Below, one piece after another: positions 29,501 through 38,569 of a stretch of DNA of 64,000 nt (within the stretch, counting starts at the first letter, position 1; each line of letters opens with the position of its first letter). The notes beneath the pieces are model-generated. The model was not told the origin of the DNA, ran no database searches, and saw only the letters and a list, made by a program, of their open reading frames with translations. Source of the stretch: an uncultured delta proteobacterium (GTDB lineage Bacteria; Myxococcota_A; UBA9160; UBA4427); assembly GCA_963822965.1 (NCBI GenBank), contig CAWGJT010000010.1:1024001-1088000 (forward strand), in the 5' to 3' direction. The position numbers were made by a program, and so were the translations under genes.

Positions 29501-29848
29501 GCGGACGACGCGCGGCGGCGAAGCACCGACGTCGACCACGCTCACGCTGTCGGACAGGTGATTGACCACCCACACCTCGTCGTCGGTCCGGGCAGCCACC
29601 GCCACCGGCTCGAGCCCCACGCGCAGGGACGCGCGGTGGTGGAGCCCTTCCGCCAGGACGTCGAAGATCTCGAGGCGCCCGTCCGGCGTGTTGACCGCGA
29701 AGAGCGTGCGGCCGTCCGGCGACAGCGCCAGGGGCCGTACGGGGACGGTCTCGAAGTTGGTGTAGGTCGCCGAGGCCTGGACGGAGACCAGGCCGAACGC
29801 GAGAAGCGAGGCCGCCGCAGTCAACCAACGAGCAGGAACGCGAGCCAT
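26570..29848 (-). CDS. Secreted YVTN-type beta-propeller fused to diheme cytochrome c peroxidase-like domain
   Basis: Signal peptide, VWVVNHLSDSVS, CSACH, CDSCH, GPMHWRGDR, C-terminal DGLDNDGDG. Confidence 0.8.
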   Translation of the reverse strand: MARVPARWLTAAASLLAFGLVSVQASATYTNFETVPVRPLALSPDGRTLFAVNTPDGRLEIFDVLAEGLHHRASLRVGLEPVAVAARTDDEVWVVNHLSDSVSVVDVGASPPRVVRTLLVGDAPWDVVFAGPRRHRRGPFERAFVSAARRGQNHPQNANAELKTPGLGRADVWVFDTSDLGEEAFGRPETIVTVFGDKPRPLAASPDGSRVYVGIFHSGSRTTTVNPQSVCDGGEDRGPCTWQTAGADDPPAEGEIGIGSPPVLPGGVPGPNVDPAGNPAPEVGLILKYDAAADVWRDAIGRNWNGAVPFRLPDLDVFAIDALADPPVEVQAFAGVGTILFNMAVHPSGSVYVANTAANNHVRFEGPGEGTTSVRGHLHEARITRLDPDGTVTPRHLNKHIDYDAFPQPAGAADRSLATPHEMAFSRNGRKLYLAAFGSRKLGIFDVAALDDDRFEPDPADHVELSGDGPAGLVVDDRRGRIYVYTRLANAISIVDPKARREIAAVPLADPEPAVVREGRRFLYDARFASSNGEASCSACHVLGDMDDLAWNLGNPSAVAQPNPNPFLGNTQPSSLVHPLKGPMTTQTLRGMRNHGPMHWRGDRTGANDPTSGDAFDEEAGFRAFNGAFESLLGRDAGPIPEAQMQQFAEFALTIFMPPNPVRALDNRDAGRLASGRRTFFQVRTVDDFFTCDSCHDLDESLGHFGASGLTVFDPGDVKIPQIRNVYEKVGAFGFVGRRQDENDTLGDQIRGFGLGHHGSLGGVRTFFGAAGFEFPLGMAQQEEVEDFVLAFPSNLAPIVGQQITRQAGSPPAVDQRIDLLLQQAATPWIIPGNPGPMSCDVVVSGVVAGEARGWWYDPASSRFVPDREADTPMLDADLRALAEQPGQALTFTCEPPGSGPRMGIDRDDDGWRDGDERALLTDPDAPGSLPGACSDGLDNDGDGVADYPADPDCHAPSGRSEIAGPAVASDVYRGRVRAGSSRPVPVVFWGALDVDPGRIDLATTRFGPGGAPALSDPPDRFHDWNRDGLEDRLVFYDAGQTGLEPGLHRACVEGEIDGAWFRSCDAVRVLPCRPRDVRRGWCSPAPVAPGP

Positions 29849-29980
29849 GGACCGAGTCATCTCCGCAGCAACACCCCAGCCGGTCGCGTGGTCGGAGCTG
29901 CATGATACGCGAGTCGCGCAGGCGAAACGACGAAAAGGGGCGGCCGGAGAGCCGCACCCGGCTTGCCGGGAAGTTGCCGG

Positions 29981-30259
29981 TCAGCCCCCCGCGATCGCCG
30001 GAAATACGTCGATCTCGCTCTCCGCGAAGAGCTTGGTCTCGACGCCGTCGGGGAGGTGGCGGGCGCTCCGCCCGTCCACGAACACGTGCACCCGCCGGGA
30101 CAGGGCGCCCTTCTCGTCGAGCATCATCTCCGCCAGACCGGGCCAGCGCTCCACCAGCAGGGCGACGAGATCGCGCACCCGGGAGCCCTCGGGCAGCGGC
30201 AGATCGACCACCCTCTCGCCCACGATGGGCCGCAGGGTGGCGTAGAGCTTCACGCGCAT
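29981..30259 (-). CDS. MoaD/ThiS (SAMP-like) sulfur carrier
   Basis: MRVKLYATLR...FPAIAGG, C-terminal GG. Confidence 0.9.
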   Translation of the reverse strand: MRVKLYATLRPIVGERVVDLPLPEGSRVRDLVALLVERWPGLAEMMLDEKGALSRRVHVFVDGRSARHLPDGVETKLFAESEIDVFPAIAGG

Positions 30260-30282
30260 GCGCTCGACCTCCCGGGCGGTGG

Positions 30283-32109
30283 CTACGGGATCTGCAGGGC
30301 CGCGCGCTTGGCCTCCGGAACGACCCCGTCCTGCCAGCCCCGCTCGGCGTAGTACTCCTCGAGCATCGACCCGAGCTCGCAGACGTGCCCCTTCGAGCCG
30401 CCCTGGTCCGACGGCTCCTCCAGGAAGCGCCGAGGCAGCGTATCGGAGCCGGCGCCGAAGCCGGCCAGGTTGTTGTAGTAGCGCTCGAGGTTGTAGACGC
30501 GCTCGCCGGCCTGCATCACGTCGTCCGCGGTCATGGGCCTCCCCATGGCCACCGAGTACTGGTCGGCGTACTCCTCCGCGCCTTCGGCGAAGGCGCTGAA
30601 CTTGCACAGATCCATGCTGTCGGAGAACGCGTGCAGGTCCTGGAAGACCTTCAGGAGCGAGCCCTTCCCCTTCCAGGCGAGCGGGTCCGCGTCGATGGGC
30701 ACGACGCCGAGCTCGGCGGCGGCCACGTAGCCGCGCAGGTGACAGGCACCGCGGTTGCTCGTCGCATAGCCCAGCCCCATGCCCTTCATGCCGCGCGGGT
30801 CGTAGGCGGGCACCGCCTGTCCCTTGCAGGCCATGGCGATCTCGGGGTGACCGATCTTCGCGGCGGCGCGGGCCGGCCCCTCGGCCAGCAGGTCGCCGTC
30901 GCCCGTTCGCTTCGCGATCTGCTCGGTCATGGCGACCATGCCCATGAAGTCGCCCCACTCGAGACCGGGCCCCGTGACCCAGCCGCGCTCGCTCGCCTCC
31001 ATGTACATCGAGAGCGCGTTGCCCAGCTCGATCGGATCCATGCCCAGGTCGTTGCACTGGTCGATCAGCTTGGCGATGGAGCCGAGGTCGTCGTTGCCGC
31101 AGTTGGCGCCGAGCGACCAGGCGGGCTCGTACTCGACGCTCTCCATCTTGAGACCCTTCCACGGGCCCTCCTTCACCTCGACCTCCTTCTTGCAGGCGAC
31201 GGGACAGGCGTGGCAGGTGGGGTTGCCGGTGAGGATCGTCTCCACGACGCGCTCGCCGCTCACCGCCTCGGCGCGGTCGCCGAACGACGTGCTCTGGCTG
31301 TTGCGCGTGCCCAGGGCGCCGATGCGGTTCGTGATGTTGGTGATGACGTTGGTGCCGTAGACCGAGAGGCCGCCCTTCTTCGGGCTGGTGATGTTGGCCT
31401 CGTCGCGGATGTGGTCGAGGGCGGTGCGGCGCACCTGCTTCCAGCGCGCGGGATCGGAGACCGTGCTCGTCTTCCGGTCGGCCTTGATGACGATGGCCTT
31501 GAGCTTCTTCACGCCGCCGACGGCCGCCGTGCCGCCCCGGCCGAAGGCACGATCGTCCTCGTTCACCCAGGCCGCAAAGCGGCACAGGGTCTCGCCCGCG
31601 GGACCAATGGCGCACACCGACACGTCCTTACCGGTGCCGTCCCCGGCGTGGCGCTGCTTCAGGATCGAGACGGTCTCGTGGATGCCGTGCCCCCAGAGAT
31701 CCGAGGCGTCGTGGAAGGAGATGGCGCCGTCCTCGATGTAGAGATACGTGGGTGCGTCGGCCGCCCCCTCGACGACGAGCCCGTCGAAGCCGGCCCAGCG
31801 CAGGCGCGCGCCCGTCCAGCCGCCCTGGTGGCTGTCGGTCACCGTGCCGGTGAGGGGCGACTTCGTGACGCACGCCCAGCGGCCGCTCATGCTGACCTCG
31901 CTGCCGGTCAGGGGGCCGTTGAGGAAGCACAGGAGGTTCTCGTCGGAGAGCGGCTCCACGTCGGGGCCGTTCTCCAGCACGTAGCGGACGCCGAGGCCGC
32001 GGGCGCCGACGTACTTGCGCACCCAGTCCGCCGGGGCGGGCTTCATCTGCCAGGCTCGCTTCGCGAGATCGATGTGGGCGATGGCCTCTCCGAACCGCTC
32101 GAGCTGCAT
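30283..32109 (-). CDS. aor: Tungsten-type aldehyde:ferredoxin oxidoreductase
   Basis: KSPLTG, GRGG, CHACPVAC, EYE, DPRG, TSNRGACH. Confidence 0.93.
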   Translation of the reverse strand: MQLERFGEAIAHIDLAKRAWQMKPAPADWVRKYVGARGLGVRYVLENGPDVEPLSDENLLCFLNGPLTGSEVSMSGRWACVTKSPLTGTVTDSHQGGWTGARLRWAGFDGLVVEGAADAPTYLYIEDGAISFHDASDLWGHGIHETVSILKQRHAGDGTGKDVSVCAIGPAGETLCRFAAWVNEDDRAFGRGGTAAVGGVKKLKAIVIKADRKTSTVSDPARWKQVRRTALDHIRDEANITSPKKGGLSVYGTNVITNITNRIGALGTRNSQSTSFGDRAEAVSGERVVETILTGNPTCHACPVACKKEVEVKEGPWKGLKMESVEYEPAWSLGANCGNDDLGSIAKLIDQCNDLGMDPIELGNALSMYMEASERGWVTGPGLEWGDFMGMVAMTEQIAKRTGDGDLLAEGPARAAAKIGHPEIAMACKGQAVPAYDPRGMKGMGLGYATSNRGACHLRGYVAAAELGVVPIDADPLAWKGKGSLLKVFQDLHAFSDSMDLCKFSAFAEGAEEYADQYSVAMGRPMTADDVMQAGERVYNLERYYNNLAGFGAGSDTLPRRFLEEPSDQGGSKGHVCELGSMLEEYYAERGWQDGVVPEAKRAALQIP

Positions 32110-32334
32110 GCCGGATCTCCTTCATGCCGGGGTGCCAGCCGCACAATGTACCGCAGCCGGCCCGAGCGCTCGTCGCGGCAAACGGCCTCAGGGATGTGCG
32201 ATCCTGCGACCGGACGCCTCGCGCCGGTCACGGCGGCCGCGCCAGGCCCGCTGTGGCGCCCCCTGCCCCCGGAGGCCGGGTGGAGCCACGGCCATTGCCC
32301 TTGGATCCATCGCCCTTGGAAGCGGGAGAGTGGT

Positions 32335-33201
32335 GTGGAAGCGGCCCGTCGCTCCGAGAACCAGGACCTGGCCGAGCGGCTCGGGCGGATCGCATCTCTG
32401 CTCGAGGCGCAGGACGCCAACCCCTTTCGGGTGAGCGCGTACCGGCGGGCGGCGGACACGGTGCGGGCCTGCGCGGAGCCGCTGGTGGAGGTGTACCAGC
32501 GCGAAGGCGTCGAGGGGCTCGAGAAGCTTCCGGGAATCGGCGAGAGCATCGCGTCGTTGATCCGGGAGTACGCAGGCAGCGGACGCATCAGCCTGCTGGA
32601 ACGCCTCGACGGAGCCGTCTCGGCCGAGGAGGTGCTGGCGACGGTGCCCGGGCTGGGCACGACCCTGGCGCATCGCATCCACGAGACGCTTCAGATCGAG
32701 ACCCTCGAAGAGCTCGAGTGCGCCTGTCACGACGGTCGCCTGGCGCAGGTTCCGGGCTTCGGGCCCCGGCGCATCGCCGCCATCTCGGCGTCGGTCGGTG
32801 CCCTGCTCGGGGGGGAGCGACGTCGCCTGGCGCGGGCGGCGGGGGACCACCACGCCACCCGGCCGTCGGTGGCCGCCTATCTCTCGGTCGACGAGGAGTA
32901 CCGCCGGCGGGCACGCGAAGGCGCCCTCGTGCGCATCGCGCCCCGCCGCTTCAACCCCGAACGGGCGGCCTGGCTTCCCATCCTGCACACCGAGCGGGAA
33001 GGCTGGTCGCTGACGGCCCTCTTCTCGAACAGCGCCCGGGCGCACCAGCTGGGGCGCACCCAGGACTGGGTGGTGATCTACGCCGATCGCGACGGGCAGC
33101 ACGACCAGTGCACCGTCGTCAGCCAACACACCGCCGGCGGCGTGCGCCGGATCGTGCGGGGACGCGAGCTCGAGTGCGAGGAGGCTGCCCGTGCCGGATG
33201 A
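32335..33201 (+). CDS. DNA polymerase X N-terminal/HhH domain DNA-binding protein without polymerase core
   Basis: ANPFRVSAYRRAA, LPGIG, VPGLG, VPGFG. Confidence 0.8.
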   Translation: MEAARRSENQDLAERLGRIASLLEAQDANPFRVSAYRRAADTVRACAEPLVEVYQREGVEGLEKLPGIGESIASLIREYAGSGRISLLERLDGAVSAEEVLATVPGLGTTLAHRIHETLQIETLEELECACHDGRLAQVPGFGPRRIAAISASVGALLGGERRRLARAAGDHHATRPSVAAYLSVDEEYRRRAREGALVRIAPRRFNPERAAWLPILHTEREGWSLTALFSNSARAHQLGRTQDWVVIYADRDGQHDQCTVVSQHTAGGVRRIVRGRELECEEAARAG

Positions 33202-34564
33202 GCCCACGACGAAGCGCGAACGGGTGCTGATCCTCGGCGCCGCGGGTCGGGACTTCCACGACTTCAACACCGTCTTCCGGGACGATCCGTCGGTGGAGGT
33301 GGTGGCGTTCACGGCGACGCAGATTCCCGGCATCGAAGGCCGTCGCTATCCCCCGACCCTCTCCGGTCCCTTCCATCCCGCCGGCATCCCGATCGAGGAC
33401 GAGGCCCGGCTCGAGGCTCTGTGTCGGGAGCACGCCGTCGATCTCGTGGTGCTCGCCTACAGCGACCTGCCCCACGCCCGGGTGATGCACCTGGCCTCGC
33501 GCGCTCTCGCCACGGGTGCCGACTTCTCGCTGCTGGGACCCCGGCGAACGATGCTGCGCTCCCAGCACCCCGTGGTGGCGGTATCCGCCGTCCGCACGGG
33601 CTGCGGCAAGTCGCAGACGGCGCGCTGGCTGGCCGCTCGGCTGCGCGAGCGCGGACACCGCGTGGTGGCGCTGCGCCATCCCATGCCCTACGGCGATCTC
33701 GCCGCCGAGCGTGTGCAGCGCTTCGCGACCCGCGACGATCTGGACCGCGCGCGCTGCACCGCCGAGGAGCGCGAGGAGTACGAGCCGTACATCGAGGCAG
33801 GCGCCGTCATCTACGCCGGCATCGACTACGCGGCCATCCTCGCCGAGGCGGAGAAGGAGGCGGACCTGCTGCTCTGGGACGGCGGCAACAACGACTTTCC
33901 CTTCCTGGTTCCAGACGTCCACGTGGTGCTGGTCGACGCCCTGCGGCCCGACCAGCTGGACACGCACCATCCCGGCGAGACCGTCCTGCGCATGGCCGAC
34001 GTGGTCGTGGTCAACAAGGTGGACTCCGCGTCCAGCGCCGACGTGGGCCGGGCCCTCGACGGCATTCGCGCCCTACGGCCGGACGTGCCGATCCTGCGCG
34101 CCGCGTCGCCCGTGGTGCTCGACGATCCCGACCGGGTGCGCGACCGCCGGGTGCTCGTGGTGGACGACGGTCCCACCCTCACCCACGGCGGCATGGCGTA
34201 CGGGGCGGGCTGGGTGGCGGCGACGGCGGCGGGCGCCCGGGAGATCGTCGATCCGCGACCGTGGGCGGCCCCGGCAATTCGCGCCGTGTACGACGCCTAC
34301 CCGCATCTGGGTGCGGTGCTGCCCGCGGTGGGCTACGGGCCCGCGCAGCTCGAGGCCCTGCGCCAGACCCTGAACGACGCCGAAGCCGACGTCGTGGTGA
34401 GCGGCACGCCCCTGGACCTCGCGCGTCTCGTCGCGCTCGACAAGCCCGTGGTGCGCGCGCGCTATGCGTATGCCGACGCCGGACCCACCGCCCTCGACGC
34501 CTGGGTGACGAACGCCCTGGAGGCCAGGGGACGAGAAGCGAAGGAACGAGGAGGACAGCCATGA
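33191..34564 (+). CDS. Cyclic 2,3-diphosphoglycerate synthase-like P-loop protein (arginine synthetase ArcE-like)
   Basis: GAAGRDFHDFN, AVRTGCGKSQT, RHPMPYG, WDGGNNDF; coupled to carbamate kinase. Confidence 0.8.
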   Translation: MPDEPTTKRERVLILGAAGRDFHDFNTVFRDDPSVEVVAFTATQIPGIEGRRYPPTLSGPFHPAGIPIEDEARLEALCREHAVDLVVLAYSDLPHARVMHLASRALATGADFSLLGPRRTMLRSQHPVVAVSAVRTGCGKSQTARWLAARLRERGHRVVALRHPMPYGDLAAERVQRFATRDDLDRARCTAEEREEYEPYIEAGAVIYAGIDYAAILAEAEKEADLLLWDGGNNDFPFLVPDVHVVLVDALRPDQLDTHHPGETVLRMADVVVVNKVDSASSADVGRALDGIRALRPDVPILRAASPVVLDDPDRVRDRRVLVVDDGPTLTHGGMAYGAGWVAATAAGAREIVDPRPWAAPAIRAVYDAYPHLGAVLPAVGYGPAQLEALRQTLNDAEADVVVSGTPLDLARLVALDKPVVRARYAYADAGPTALDAWVTNALEARGREAKERGGQP

Positions 34565-35508
34565 GAGTCGTCATCGCACTCGGCGGCAATGCCATCACAC
34601 CGGGTCGCGACACCCTCGATCCCGACGCCCTTGGCGAGCGCGTCCGCGCCGCCGCCTCGGCCATCGCCGACATCGCGCGCGGACACGACGTGGTCGTCAC
34701 CCACGGTAACGGCCCGCAGGTGGGGCTGCTCGCCCTGCGCGCCCAGCCCGAGGTGGGCGGCGAGCCGGGCGAGGCGCTCGACGCGCTCGGGGCCGAGTCG
34801 GAGGGGCTCATCGGCTACCTGCTCGAGCGCGAGCTCGCCTCGATCTTCCCGGGGAGCGAGGTGGCCACGCTGCTCACTCAGGTGGAGGTGGGCGCCGAAG
34901 ACCCGGCGTTCCGCCACCCCACGAAGCCCATCGGGCCGCGCCTCTCGGCCGACGACGCGAAGGCTCTCGAGCGGCGCACCGGCTGGCGCTTCGCCGAGCA
35001 GGACGACGGCGCCTTCCGCCGGGTGGTCGCGTCGCCCGAGCCCCTGCGCATCCGCGAGCTGAAGGCCATCGAGCTGTGCGTCGAGGCCGGCGTGTTGGTC
35101 GTGTGCGCGGGCGGCGGCGGCATTCCGGTGGTGACGGGCCGGCACGGCCTGCGCGGCGCCGAGGCGGTCATCGACAAGGACCGCACGGCGTCCCTGCTCG
35201 CCACCCAGCTCCACGCCGACGCGTTGCTGCTGCTGACCGACGTGCGGGCGGTCTACGAGGGGTGGCCCGCACGCGACCGGCCGATCCGGCAGGCGTCCAT
35301 CGAGAGCCTGCGCAAGCTCGACCTGGCCCCGGGCTCCATGGGGCCCAAGGTCGAGGCCGCCATCCGCTTTGCCGAGCAGGGGGGCGACGCGCGCATCGGC
35401 CTCCTCGACGAGGCACGCCACATCCTCACGGGTGAGGCGGGAACCCGGGTCGTGCGCGACGGCTCGGCCACGACCTACTGGCCCGGCCACGAGGCACACG
35501 ACGCCTGA
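34561..35508 (+). CDS. arcC: Carbamate kinase
   Basis: VIALGGNA, THGNGPQVG, PTKPIG, GGGGIPV, AVIDKD, GSMGPKV. Confidence 0.95.
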   Translation: MRVVIALGGNAITPGRDTLDPDALGERVRAAASAIADIARGHDVVVTHGNGPQVGLLALRAQPEVGGEPGEALDALGAESEGLIGYLLERELASIFPGSEVATLLTQVEVGAEDPAFRHPTKPIGPRLSADDAKALERRTGWRFAEQDDGAFRRVVASPEPLRIRELKAIELCVEAGVLVVCAGGGGIPVVTGRHGLRGAEAVIDKDRTASLLATQLHADALLLLTDVRAVYEGWPARDRPIRQASIESLRKLDLAPGSMGPKVEAAIRFAEQGGDARIGLLDEARHILTGEAGTRVVRDGSATTYWPGHEAHDA

Positions 35509-35567
35509 CGGGGCACTGGCGCGAGGCGGCGCGCGCGTCATCATGCCCGGTCAACCCGGAGGACCCG

Positions 35568-35807
35568 ATGGACTTCAGCAAAGCGGTGGTCGTCGCCAGC
35601 TTCGAGAATCACGAGACGGCGGAGGCGGCCGCCTCCATGCTTCGCTCGGAGGGGATCGACGCGGTCGTCAGCTCCGACGACGCCGGCGGCGAGCTGCCGA
35701 ATCTCGACTTCGGCCGGGCGGTTCGCGTCTTCGTTCCGGCGGCGGACGAGGAGTTCGCGCGCGGGATCCTCAGCCAGGGCGAGTCGGAGTCCGCGGGCGG
35801 TCAGTAG
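35568..35807 (+). CDS. DUF2007-like small protein
   Basis: AEAAASMLRSEGI...VRVFV...ARGIL. Confidence 0.75.
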   Translation: MDFSKAVVVASFENHETAEAAASMLRSEGIDAVVSSDDAGGELPNLDFGRAVRVFVPAADEEFARGILSQGESESAGGQ

Positions 35808-36325
35808 CGGATCACGCTGTGGCAGCGCACGGCGTCGAGAGACCGGCGTCCGGCCAGGGCCTCCAGCTCGATCAGGAACGCACAGGCCACCACCGTGGCG
35901 CCCGTCCGGCGAACCAGGTCGACGGTCGCTGCGGCGGTGCCGCCCGTGGCGATCAGGTCGTCGACGATCAGCGCCCGGGCCCCGGCGCCCAGGGCGTCCA
36001 CGTGCATCTCCACGTGGTCGGTTCCGTACTCGAGGTCGTAGCTCGCGGTGATCGTCTCGTAGGGAAGCTTGCCGGGCTTGCGCACGGGCACGAAGCCCAC
36101 CCCCAGGTCGACCGCCACGGGCGCGCCGAAGATGAAGCCGCGGGCCTCCGTGCCCACCACGAAGTCGATGCCGTCGTCGCGGAAGGGCTCGCCGATGGCC
36201 TGGACGGCCAGCCGCAGGGCTTCCGCGTTCGCCAGCAGCGGCGTGAGGTCCCGGAACAGGATCCCGGGCTTCGGAAAATCCGGAATGTCGCGGATGTGCC
36301 CGCGCAGCTCCGCCTCGACGTCCAT
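35801..36325 (-). CDS. apt: Adenine phosphoribosyltransferase
   Basis: IPDFPKPGILFRD, EARGF, VRKPGKLP, VDDLIATGGT. Confidence 0.96.
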   Translation of the reverse strand: MDVEAELRGHIRDIPDFPKPGILFRDLTPLLANAEALRLAVQAIGEPFRDDGIDFVVGTEARGFIFGAPVAVDLGVGFVPVRKPGKLPYETITASYDLEYGTDHVEMHVDALGAGARALIVDDLIATGGTAAATVDLVRRTGATVVACAFLIELEALAGRRSLDAVRCHSVIRY

Positions 36326-36360
36326 TGCGAGCCTCCCTCGCCGCAATGCACGTCGCGGCG

Positions 36361-37338
36361 TCAGGGAAGGTAGAGCATCGGGTCGCGGGGATCCTCGCGC
36401 CGCCGGATCTCGAAGTGCAGGTGGGGGCCGGTCGAGCGCCCGGTGGTGCCGACCAGGGCGATGCGCTGGCCCTTCTCGACGAACTCGCCCTTCCGCACCA
36501 GCAGCCGGCTCGCGTGCGCGTAGACGCTGCGGTAGTTGCCCGCGTGCTTCACGATGACCACGTTGCCGTAGTCGCCCAGCCGGCCGCTGTGGATCACCCG
36601 CCCCGCCTCGGCGGCGTGGATGGGGGTGCCCTTGCGGGCGGCCACGTCGATGCCGTCGTGGCCGCGGCTGCCCCGGGTGCCGAATCCGGAGGTGACCCGT
36701 CCCCGCAGCGGCCAGGCGAACTGCAGGTCCGCCGTGCGTCGCGCGTCGAGTCGCGCCAGTCGGCGGGCCTCGGCGATGCGGGCGGGCCGCGCCGGGGACT
36801 CGCTCACTGGCGGCCGCAGGGCGCCCCCCACCCCCGACGGCCGCTTCACGTTGGGGATCCAGAGCCGCGTTCCCACGCTCACGCTGCGGACGTCGTCGAT
36901 GCGGTTGGCCTTGGCGATCACCTGGGAGGAGACGCCGTAGCGCAGGCCGATCCGGTACAGGTTCTCGCCCGGGGTGACCTCGTGATAGAAGCCCGAGCCC
37001 CGCCGCGTCGCACAGCCGGGCGCCCCGGCCAGCGCGACGACGACCGCCACCGCCAGCACCCACCGGGCCCGGTGCGGGCGAACGGCCGGGGCCTCCGCCC
37101 CGGACGGGTGCCGCCGGGCCGGGAGATCTGCCTCTCGCTGCCTGGAGCTCGTCCTCACTCGAACCCCGTTCTCCTGCGCACGGTCCGCCCGGAACATCGG
37201 CGGTTCCGGGTCGAGACCCATGGGGGGCGTCCGGCCCGGCTGGGCGGCCGGGAGAGGGGACGCGGAGCTTAGCAAGTCGTCCAGCGGGACCGGAGCGTCG
37301 CCCCCCTGGGGCCATCCTTCTCCCGGGGAGTTGCCCAC
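36361..37338 (-). CDS. LysM + M23 peptidase lipoprotein (NlpD-like); true start probably downstream of the ORF start
   Basis: HEVTPGENLYRIG, HDGID, YAH, GPHLHFE. Confidence 0.88.
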   Translation of the reverse strand: MGNSPGEGWPQGGDAPVPLDDLLSSASPLPAAQPGRTPPMGLDPEPPMFRADRAQENGVRVRTSSRQREADLPARRHPSGAEAPAVRPHRARWVLAVAVVVALAGAPGCATRRGSGFYHEVTPGENLYRIGLRYGVSSQVIAKANRIDDVRSVSVGTRLWIPNVKRPSGVGGALRPPVSESPARPARIAEARRLARLDARRTADLQFAWPLRGRVTSGFGTRGSRGHDGIDVAARKGTPIHAAEAGRVIHSGRLGDYGNVVIVKHAGNYRSVYAHASRLLVRKGEFVEKGQRIALVGTTGRSTGPHLHFEIRRREDPRDPMLYLP

Positions 37339-37447
37339 TGGTGACGCTCGTCACAGCGCCCCGCCCCGGCGCTTCCGAACCAGGAGAACGCCGGGTCGGA
37401 CCCGGTGGCTGCGGGCCCGGCGGGGCCTTCATCGCGGGGGCGGCTTC

Positions 37448-38560
37448 ATGAACTTCGGACGTGCGATTCGAGCGACGCGGGTGACGCTGACGATGTGGGC
37501 GGGGCTGCTGGCCCTGACCCTGGCGGCCGGGATCCTGACGGCTGCGCCGGCGGCTCGGGCCCAGGTGCTCATCGGCGAGACGAGCGCCCGCTTCGACTGG
37601 CAGGCCGCCAGCGGCAGCGTCGGCTTCTACGAAGTGTACGTCTCGCGCTCCACCCGCGATGGCCACTACGCGCTCGAGCAGACGATCTCGGGCAACGCCG
37701 CCAGCGTCGTGATCGACGCCACCGTGGGCGAGGTGGTGCGCATCCGCGTTCGCGCCGGCAACGACCAGGCGTTCGGCCCCATGTCCGAGCCCTCGGACCC
37801 GGTGCGCTTCGGCCTGCCGCCCGAGCTTCCCGTGCTGGGGTCGCCCGGCGTGATCTCGGGCCGGGTGGGCGGAACGGACGACGGATCCGTCTTCTACGCG
37901 AACCCCACGACCGGCGAGGTGCTGCGCTTCTCCACGCTCGAGGCGGGCGTGCAGCCGACGACCATCGGCACCGAGCCGGATACCAGCTGGACGCTCGCGA
38001 CCAGCGGCGACTTCGACGGCGACGGCGCACCCGATCTGTTCTGGCGCAACAGCGACGGCACGACGCGCATCTGGTACCTGGACGCCAACGGCTACCAGGA
38101 GGAGCTCGGCCCGGTCGATCCCGGTGCCAACTGGACCGCGGAGATCACCGGCGACCTGGACGGCAACGGGCAGGACGACGTCTTCTGGCGCGACGCCGGC
38201 GGCGCGACGCTCGGCTGGTTCCGCGTGAACACGGAGTTCCAGACCGCGGGCTTCCCGCCCATGCCCCCGGCGAGCTGGGAGCTGCTGGCCTGCGGCGACT
38301 TCGACGCCGACGGCTTCGACGATCTCCTCTGGCGGAGCCTCGAGACGACCGACACGGCGATCTGGTTCATCGGGATCGACCCCTACAACGGCATCTCCGC
38401 CCGGGCGCGCCCCGCGCTGAAGCGCTCGCTGCTGTGGGAGGTGTTCGAGAGCTACGACGAGGACGGCGACGGCTACGAGGACATCCACTGGCGCGTGAAG
38501 GACAGCCACGACATCGCCGAGTGGTGGCACATGCAGGGCGAGAACGTCCGCGCCGAGTAG
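37448..38560 (+). CDS. Secreted FN3 + FG-GAP/VCBS repeat protein
   Basis: Signal peptide; repeated GDFDGDG..DLFWR. Confidence 0.8.
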   Translation: MNFGRAIRATRVTLTMWAGLLALTLAAGILTAAPAARAQVLIGETSARFDWQAASGSVGFYEVYVSRSTRDGHYALEQTISGNAASVVIDATVGEVVRIRVRAGNDQAFGPMSEPSDPVRFGLPPELPVLGSPGVISGRVGGTDDGSVFYANPTTGEVLRFSTLEAGVQPTTIGTEPDTSWTLATSGDFDGDGAPDLFWRNSDGTTRIWYLDANGYQEELGPVDPGANWTAEITGDLDGNGQDDVFWRDAGGATLGWFRVNTEFQTAGFPPMPPASWELLACGDFDADGFDDLLWRSLETTDTAIWFIGIDPYNGISARARPALKRSLLWEVFESYDEDGDGYEDIHWRVKDSHDIAEWWHMQGENVRAE

Positions 38561-38569
38561 CGCCCGCCC

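Noticed and set aside
29902..32334. 1099-aa plus-strand ORF and similar long ORFs (e.g. 47866-50832, 35801-38530, 13277-16162)
   Set aside because: Antisense or alternative-frame shadows of real genes in high-GC DNA; only the segments with recognisable motifs were kept.
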